From NCBI RefSeq assembly GCF_009914755.1, contig NC_060946.1: a DNA stretch of 64,000 nt; one strand, written 5' to 3'. This DNA is from the human T2T-CHM13v2.0 reference genome, Homo sapiens. Below the pieces are notes generated by a model. That model saw nothing but the letters and a program-made list of their open reading frames with translations, did not search any database and was not told where the DNA came from. A program made the position numbers and the translations under genes. Of this stretch, positions 42,782 through 64,000 are shown piece after piece (position 1 is the stretch's first letter; every line of letters starts with the position of its first letter).

Positions 42782-44024
42782 TAAGAGACAGACTTTTGCC
42801 CTGTAGTCCAGGCTAGAGTGCAGTGGTGTGAACGTGGCTCACTGTAGCCTCGATATCCCAGGCTCAAATGATCCTCTTGCCTCAGCCTCCTGAGTAGCTG
42901 GGACTACAAGTGTGCCACGTCTCAATTTTTTTTTTTTTTATGTTTTTGTAGAGATGAGGTCTCGCCACGTTGCCCAGGCTGGTCTGCAACTCCTGGGTTC
43001 AAGCGATCCTCCTGCCTCAGCCTCCTGCGTGGTCGGGACTACTGGCATGCGTCACCACACTCTGTCTTTTGTTCCCATCAGGCTTTCAATGGATTGGACA
43101 AGGCGCATCCACACTGGGGAGGGCCATCTGTTTTACTCAGTCTACTGATGCAAATGCTTATCTCTTCTGGAAACACCTTCACAGACAGACCCAGAATCAT
43201 GTTGAACCAAATACTGGGCACCTCATGGCTCCAACAGGTTGACACAAAAAATGAACCATTGCAGAAAACGAAGAACAGTCACCAACTCCCACCCATGCAG
43301 CTGGCTCATTTGCTGGGCTGCCCTCCCCAGCAGGTGGCACAGGAATCCCTGCCTTGGCAGGGAGGAGGCCTGGGGTGTGTGCAGGTGCCCATGGGAAGTT
43401 TCTTTGCCATGAGGAAAGCCAGAGTGACCCCTTGCTGATCCTGCAAGGGAAGAAGCAGGAGTTTCCTGACACTAACCCCAGAGGCAGAGCCCACATCCAC
43501 ATTCGGCTCAGCAGGCACTGTGCCTGAGGGGCACTGTGGGCCCACAAAAACGTCTTAATTTCTATTAAAACCAGAAAAAAACATGTAACTGATTTATAAG
43601 CAGCCCAGCCTGGTTATTTTCATCTTTTTAGCCATGCAGGCATAATATACAATTTTTACTTTTTTTTTTTTTTTTTTTTAGTGGACGAAGGCCCCATGAC
43701 AGTCATAATGTCCAGGGCTCCCTCCAGCCAGCCGTGTCTGCACGGCTGGGCACCACTTCCTCCGGCCTGGCTGCTGGCACTGTTTCTGGGGCATGCTGCA
43801 GGACTCCAGGCCAGGGTGGGGAGGAGGGTAGCACCAGCCAGGGACCGGCTCCCGTCAGCTGAAACTCTGTATCTGGTCTGGTCTGCTCCAAGGGGTAGAC
43901 ACAAATTTTGCAGCATTGTTCTCATCTGTGCCCCGCTGCCACCTTCTTGAGTGGGGGCTGCTTTTCCTCCTAGTCCTGGTGCTTTCAGGCCTGGAGATGG
44001 GGGTCTGTGTCATCCATGCGAAGG

Positions 44025-45580
<1,556 letters not shown>

Positions 45581-46147
45581 CTGCAGGAAGTCCGTGCAGG
45601 AGTCTCCCCCGCCTGCAGAGACTGCACTTGGATGGTGCCCGTGCCCCTGGTGGAAGAAGGAGGAGGAATGAGGAGGAAAGGAGACCCTTGGGTGACCATG
45701 GCCAAGGGTGTGAGGGGCAGGTGTGTCCCCCAGCTCACTCTGGAGACTTTTTCCTGGGCTTTCTACCACAGCTAAAGTAAAATGACCATGAACTGGGTGG
45801 CTTAAAACAACAGACTTTATTCTCTCACAGTTCCAGAGGCCAGAAGTCTAAAATGAAGGTGTCACATCAAGAAAGGGATCCTTCCTCACCTCTTCTAGCT
45901 TCTGGTGGTTCTTGGCTGTTATGAATCGAGTATATGTGTCCCCCCAAAATTCATCTGTTGAAACCCTAACCCCCAGTTAGGTATGGTATTAGGAGGTGAG
46001 ATCTTTGGGAGGTAACTAGGGTTAGATGAGGTCATGGGGATAGGGCCCCCTGATGCCATGATGGGATGAGTGCCCTTATAAGAAGAGATGGGGGACGCCA
46101 GGTGCGGTGGCTCATGTCTGTAATCCCAGCACTTTGAGAGGCTGAGG

Positions 46148-47112
46148 TGTGAGTGGAGGACTGTCCAGGTGCTGAGGCAAGAGACTGAAAGCACAAACTG
46201 TTTCAGTATGATAAAAAAAAACAGAATAAGAATAATTATGATACAAATTAGATACAGAGATGATCATGGACGTTATCAATCATCAGTATAAACATTATTA
46301 ATCATTAGCTTTTAATGTTACTCTTTGTAGTATTACTAATATAACCAAGGAATAACTGGCGGATATAGGGTCAGGTGCTGAAGGGACATTGTGAGAAGTG
46401 ACCAAGAAGGCAAGAGGTGAGCCCTCTGTCACGCCCGCATAAGGGCCGCTTGAGGGCTCCTTGGTCAAGCGGTAACACCAGTGCCTGGGAAGGCACTCGT
46501 TCCTCAGCAGACCGTGAAAGGGAGTCTCCCTTTCCTTGGAGGAGTCAGGGAACACTCTGCTCCACCACCTTCTTGTGGGAGGTTGGATATCGTCCAGGCC
46601 TGCCCGCAGTCATCCGGAGGCCTAAACCCCTCCCTGTGGTGCTGTCCTTCAATGCTCACGCTCCTTGTCCACTTGCATGCTCCTCCCGTACTCCTGGTTC
46701 CTCTTGGAAGTTCTTAGAAGATAGCGGTAGAAGAAATAGTGAAAGTCTTAAAGTCTTTGATCTTTTTGATAAGTGCATAGAAGAAAACGCCGACGTATGC
46801 TGCCTTCCCTCTCTGCTTCAGCTACCTATAAGGGAAAGGCTCACTGTCCTATGATCACGTGACTTGCTCGACCTTATCAATCACTTGGACGACTCACCCT
46901 CCTTACCCTGCTCCCCTTGTCTTGTATGCAATAAATAACAGTGCGCCCAGCCATTTGGGGTCACTACCGGTCTCCGTGTCTTGGTGGTAGTGGTCCCCCC
47001 GGGCCCAGCTGTTTTCTCTTTATCTCTTTGTCTTGTGCCTTTATTTCTTACGATCTCTCATCTCCGCACATGGGGAGAACACCCGCCAAGCCCTGTAGGG
47101 CTGGACCCTACA
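46148..47112 (+). mobile_element. LTR13A-like ERVK LTR inserted in an Alu
   Basis: 965 bp TG...CA, starts TGTGAGTGGAGGACTGTCCAGGTGCTGAGGCAAGAGAC; internal AATAAA; Alu sequence on both sides. Confidence 0.85.
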
Positions 47113-47764
47113 TCTGGTGGATCACTTGAGGTCAGGGTTCGAGACCAGCCTGGCCAACATGGCGAAACTCCATCTCTACTAAAAATGCAAAAAATGAGCC
47201 GGGCATGGTGGGGGGTGCCTGTAATCCTAGCTACTCCGGAGGCTGAGGCAGGAGAATCATTTGAACTCAGGAAGCAGAGGCTGCAGTAAACTGAGATCAT
47301 GCCACTGCACTCCAGCCTGTGTGGCAGAGTAAGACTCTATCTCCAAAAAAAAAAAAAGAGACAGGGGACATCATCAATCTCTCTGCCTCTCTCTCTTCAC
47401 CCCCCTCTGCCATGTGAGGTCCAAAGTAAGAAGGCAGCCATCCTTAAAACCAGGAAGAGGCCCTCACCAGATTGAACCGAACCTTCCAGCACCTTGATCT
47501 CAAACTTCCCAGTACCTTGATCTCAAACTTCCCAGTCTCCAGAACTAGGAGAAACAAATATCTGTTGTTTGAGCCTCCCAGTCTACCACATCTTCTTTAG
47601 CAGCCACAGCAGACGAAGACACCTGCAATCGCTGCCATTGCCGGGCTTGTGGGAGCATCGCTCTGACCTCTGCTTCCGTCTTCACATGGCTATTGTCCCT
47701 CTGGGGCAGTCTCTGTGTCCACCTGTTCCTCTTCTAAGGATGCCAGTCATTGGATGAGGGTGTG

Positions 47765-48766
47765 TGTGGGCGGCAAGCCACCCAGGTGCCGAGGCAAGAG
47801 ACTGAGGGCACGAGCTGTTCTAGTGTAATAAAATATATAAAATAATAAGAGTTATACTAGATATAGATCATAGATATGATTATATGTGAATATCATTAAT
47901 CATTGGTTTGTAGCAATTACTCTTTATTCCAATATTATAATAATCCTTGCTCTACAATTATAACCTGGGAAAAACCAGACCGTACAGAGATAGGAACTGA
48001 AGGGGCACTGTGAGAAGTGACCAGAAGACAAGAGTGTGAGCCCTCTGTCACGCCCGGACAGGGCCACCAGAGGGCTCCTTCATCTAGCGGTAATGCCAGC
48101 GTCTGGGAAGACGCCCGTTGCCAAGCGGACCGTGGTCTAGTGGTAGCATCAGTGCCAAGGAGAAACACCTGCTACTTAGCAGACCGGGAAAGGGAGTCTC
48201 CCTTTCCCCGGGGTAGTTTAGAGAAGACTCTGCTCCACACCTCTTGTGGAGGGCCTAACTGATCGCCCACAGTTATCCGGAGGCCTAACCGTCTCCCTGT
48301 GATGCTGTGCTTCAGCGGTCACACTCCTGTTTCACTTTCATGTTCCACTCTGTACACCTGGCTCTGCCCTCTAGATAGCAGTAGCAAATTAGTGAAAGTA
48401 TTAAAGTCTTTGATCTTTCTGAAAAGAGCATAGAAGAAATAATGACGTAAGCTGTCCTCTCTCTCTCCGCCTCGACTACCTAACAGGGAAGGGCCCCCTG
48501 TCTGGTGGACACATGACTCACGTGACCTTGTCAATCATTGGAGATGACTCACACTCTTTACCCTGCCCCTTTTGCTTTGTATCCAATAAATAACAGTGCA
48601 GCCAGGCATTTGGGGCCACTACCGATCTCCCCGTCTTGGTGGTAGTGGTCCCCTGGGCCCAGCTGTCTTTTCGTTTATCTCTTTGTCTTGTGTCTTTATT
48701 TCTACCATCTCTCGTCTCCTCACATGGGGAGAAAAACCCACAGACCCTGTAAGGCTGGCCCCTACA
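47765..48766 (+). mobile_element. Solo LTR13 (HERV-K13/HML-4)
   Basis: 1002 bp, starts TGTGGGCGGCAAGCCACCCAGGTGCCGAGGCAAGAG, ends CCCCTACA; 6-bp TSD GGTGTG at 47759-47764 and 48767-48772. Confidence 0.88.
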
Positions 48767-50294
48767 GGTGTGACCTCATCTGAACTTGATTACAACTGCA
48801 AAGACCCTATTTCCAAATAAGGTCACATTCATGGGTACCAGGTAGCCATGAATTTCTTGGGGGCGCTTTCCAACTCAGAGCACCTGCCGTTCCCTAGGCC
48901 TCCTCCCTGGCCCAGCCTCCCCCACCTACCCTCATCCGCTCTCTTTGAGCTCCGCGAACCCGGAGCCACCTTCCTAGACCCGCTTTGCTTGATCATGATT
49001 CTGCATGTGAGCTGCCCTCCTCCCCATCACCTGCCAGCTCTCCCCCAGCCTGTGATGGCAACTGGACCCATTTTTACCCATACACAGTTTCAAAGCAGAC
49101 TGAATGCAGTTAAAATTCTCCAGATACTTCCTTTCAGGTCCACATCCCTCTGTAAGTGTTCATCTTAGAAACCCTGGGTAGAGTCTGAGTTTTGTTTTGT
49201 TTTATTTTGTTTTGTTGGTTTGTCTTTTTTTCTTTTCTTTTTTTTTTTTTTTTACATAGAGTCTCAGGCTCAAGTGCAGTGGTGTGATCATGGCTCACTA
49301 TAGCCCTGACCTCCTTGGCTCAAGTGATCCTCCTGTCTCAGCCTCCTAAATAGCTGGGGTTACAGGCACCTGCCACCATGCCCGGCTAATTATTATTATT
49401 ATTATTTTTTGTAGAGACAGCGTTTCACCATGTTGGCCAGGCTGGTCTCAAACTCCTAGGCTCAAGAGATCCACCTCCTCAGAATCCCAAAGTGCTGGGA
49501 TTACAGGCATGAGCCACCATGCCTGGCCTTGATCTTTATACCAGCTAATTGGCATACACACAAGCTCATGCTATGAAATGGTATTTCACACTGTGTGCTG
49601 CTTTGCCTTGGGCTCCCTAAAACTTCATCACCCCCCAGCGGACTCTCACTGCTGTGGCCTGTGGCCCTACTCAAGGAGCTCAAGGAGGCCACTAGCCATT
49701 TGGAGAAGGAGGTAGTTGGGGCCCTGAAAGTTTACAGGACTTCCTCAAGGCCACAGCAGGTGTGTGAGAAAAGGAAGATGGCCAGCCTGCCTCCACTTCT
49801 CTTTCCAATCTCCCACTTTGCCTGAGCTAAGCTCAAGCTCAGGGCCACCCACGTCTTGGAAGGGCTTCCTACCAGCTGGTCTTGTGAGATGAGAGCTGCC
49901 CTGCATATCATGCTTGTCATCGCCAAGGACCCCAAGCTCCAGTTAGCTCAAGTCCTAGAGAATGTGCCAGCTACATAGAGCTATGCAGAGCATGGCCCTG
50001 GGGATGCGGGATGTTATTGCCCTTGGGTTGGGAAGGAGAGATGAGAGGGAGAATTGGCTGGATCTTAAAATTGTGTTGCACCCCTTCAAACACTCTACCA
50101 TCTTTGCCTCTGTAGTTCAATATTAGTCTGTTCCTATCTTCTAAACTTGCAAATGAACTTGCATGGCAATAAATCTCTGCACACTCAAAGCCATGATTTC
50201 CTCAGCAGGTGGATGCAGAATGCTCGGAGACCTATAATAATCAGCCTTTGGCAACAAGCACTTTTTCTTCTGACTCATTATTGCCGCGTTTTAA

Positions 50295-50807
<513 letters not shown>

Positions 50808-50896
50808 TAATTTATGTATTTTTAGTAGAGACAGGGTTTCACTATGTTGGCCAGGCTGGTCTCGAACTCCTGCCCTCAAGCGATATGCATGCCTCA

Positions 50897-57423
<6,527 letters not shown>

Positions 57424-57559
57424 TCAAAATAAATAAATAAATAATAAATAAAAAGTTAGTTTGACCAGATATAAAATCCTGGCTTAGCTGGTGTTTGTCT
57501 TGAGTATCCTAAATGTATTATTCCAGTTTTTTCTGACAGAAAGTATTGCTGTGTCTCTA

Positions 57560-58710
<1,151 letters not shown>

Positions 58711-58758
58711 GTCTTAAAAGAAGAACTTTGGACAAAATAAATGTAACAGTTTATTTGA

Positions 58759-62640
<3,882 letters not shown>

Positions 62641-62689
62641 AAGCAAAGCAAAACATGCTCATTAACACTCTCATTAATGACTGTACATT

Positions 62690-63201
62690 TGTTGTACTTG
62701 AGCGAGTTAGAAAAACGCCACACTTTGAGATGAATTTAGAGTCCTTTATTAGCCGGTGACCGAGAGACGGCTAACGGTCAAAATTCTCTCAGCCCTGAGG
62801 AAGAGGCTTGATTAACTTTTATATCTTGGTTTAGGAAGTGGGGGGGGGGGTCTAGTTAAAAGAATTTTACAGAAGTTAAGTAGTCAAAAAGTTAAAAGGA
62901 TAAATGGTTACAGGAAAGTGAACAGTTCCAGGTGCAGGGGCTTTAAGACTATTACAAGGTGATAGACGCGGGGCTTTGGGCGTTATCAATCAGATGAATT
63001 CTTGGCGACTGCGGATACAGCTTGCCACAGTATCTTATCAGTTAATTGCATTCTTGGATGTGCTGGGAGTCAGCTTGCATGAGTTAAGTGCTTGAGGAAG
63101 GGGCTGCCAGTGAAAGAGTCAAGATGGAGTTTGTCTGGTTCTCTTAGCTAAGGGAGAAACAAGGCCAGGTGAATAAGGAAAAAACAAGGTTGGGCATTAC
63201 A
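62690..63201 (-). mobile_element. Solo LTR6-like (HERVS71/HERV-T, ERV1) LTR
   Basis: Minus strand TGTAATGCCCAACCTTG...GTACAACA with AATAAA; 4-bp TSD CATT at 62686-62689 and 63202-63205. Confidence 0.8.
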
Positions 63202-63383
63202 CATTTTGGCCGGGGGCGGTGGTTCACATCTATAATCCCAGCAATTTGGGAGGCCGAGGCAGGTGGATCACCTGAGGTCAGGAGTTTGAGACCAGCCTGG
63301 CCAATATGGTGAAACCCCATCTCTACTAAAAATACAAACATTAGCTGGGCGTGGTGCAGGGTGCCTGTAATCCCAGCTACTCA

Positions 63384-63593
<210 letters not shown>

Positions 63594-64000
63594 CTACTAA
63601 ATTAGCCGGGCGTGGTGGCACATACCTGTAATCCCAGCTACTCGGGAGGCCAAGGCAGGAGAATCGATTGAACCTGGGAGGCGGAGAATGCAGTGAGCGA
63701 GATCGCGCCATTGCATTCAAGCCTGGGCAACAACAGTAAATGTCCGTCTCACCAAAAAAAATAAATAAACCTAATGTTCTTGGCCATGTCTGTTCCAGGG
63801 TCCAGTCCAGAATACCACATTGCATTTAGTGTCAGTTTTTATTTCACCGACGTAGCTTAGGGGCCTTGTCTTGCTGATGAAGGAGGAACTCCTGGGAAAC
63901 CTTTGTCTCTCACAAGTGTTTATGTGAACACTTCATACACTCCTGTGTCTCTGGATGTGGCTACCATGTTAACATAAAAAAGGGGTGAGAAGATAACATC

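Larger units (their letters stand above)
45760..48880. mobile_element. Nested MaLR LTRs: minus-strand MLT1B/C-like element containing a plus-strand MLT1A-like element (about 45918-47620)
   Basis: Typical GGGTGGCTTAAAACAACAG...TATTCTCTCACAGTTC and TGTGTCCCCCCAAAATTCAT...GTTGAAACCCTAACCCCCA motifs; pieces rejoin across the younger inserts. Confidence 0.7.

Noticed and set aside
47486-47536. Short tandem duplication (CCTTGATCTCAAACTTCCCAGT twice)
   Set aside because: Ordinary slippage inside a MaLR remnant; no sign of function.
46148-48766. The two LTR13-type LTRs as the ends of one provirus
   Set aside because: They differ substantially, the second has its own TSD, and the spacer is Alu/MaLR rather than gag-pol-env.

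Overview
Alu-saturated primate (human-like) genomic DNA that I recognise from recalled protein sequences as the 22q13.2 SERHL-RRP7A locus. Plus strand: SERHL, a 10-exon alpha/beta-hydrolase duplicate (ATG 15651, AATAAA 27520). It lacks two internal exons of its paralogue SERHL2, so the spliced ORF frameshifts and stops at 203 aa. Minus strand: an intact 7-exon RRP7A (280 aa, 34768->27892), whose probable long 3' UTR runs antisense over the last three SERHL exons. The region upstream of SERHL (about 3.57-15.09 kb) recurs as a direct, rearranged segmental duplicate at about 50.92-57.31 kb, and the breakpoints and insertion order can be read from the sequence. Solo LTRs (MER11D-, LTR13-, LTR13A- and LTR6-like), MaLR, L1/L2/MIR fragments and simple repeats fill the rest. 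I found no convincing new biological system. The best testable ideas are an in-frame, cap-less SERHL isoform by exon skipping, a duplicated exon-1 donor, the sense/antisense overlap, and the duplication and insertion history. Repeat subfamily names come from recalled consensus sequences and need a RepeatMasker/Dfam check. Almost all ORF-track entries are Alu or GC-rich noise.
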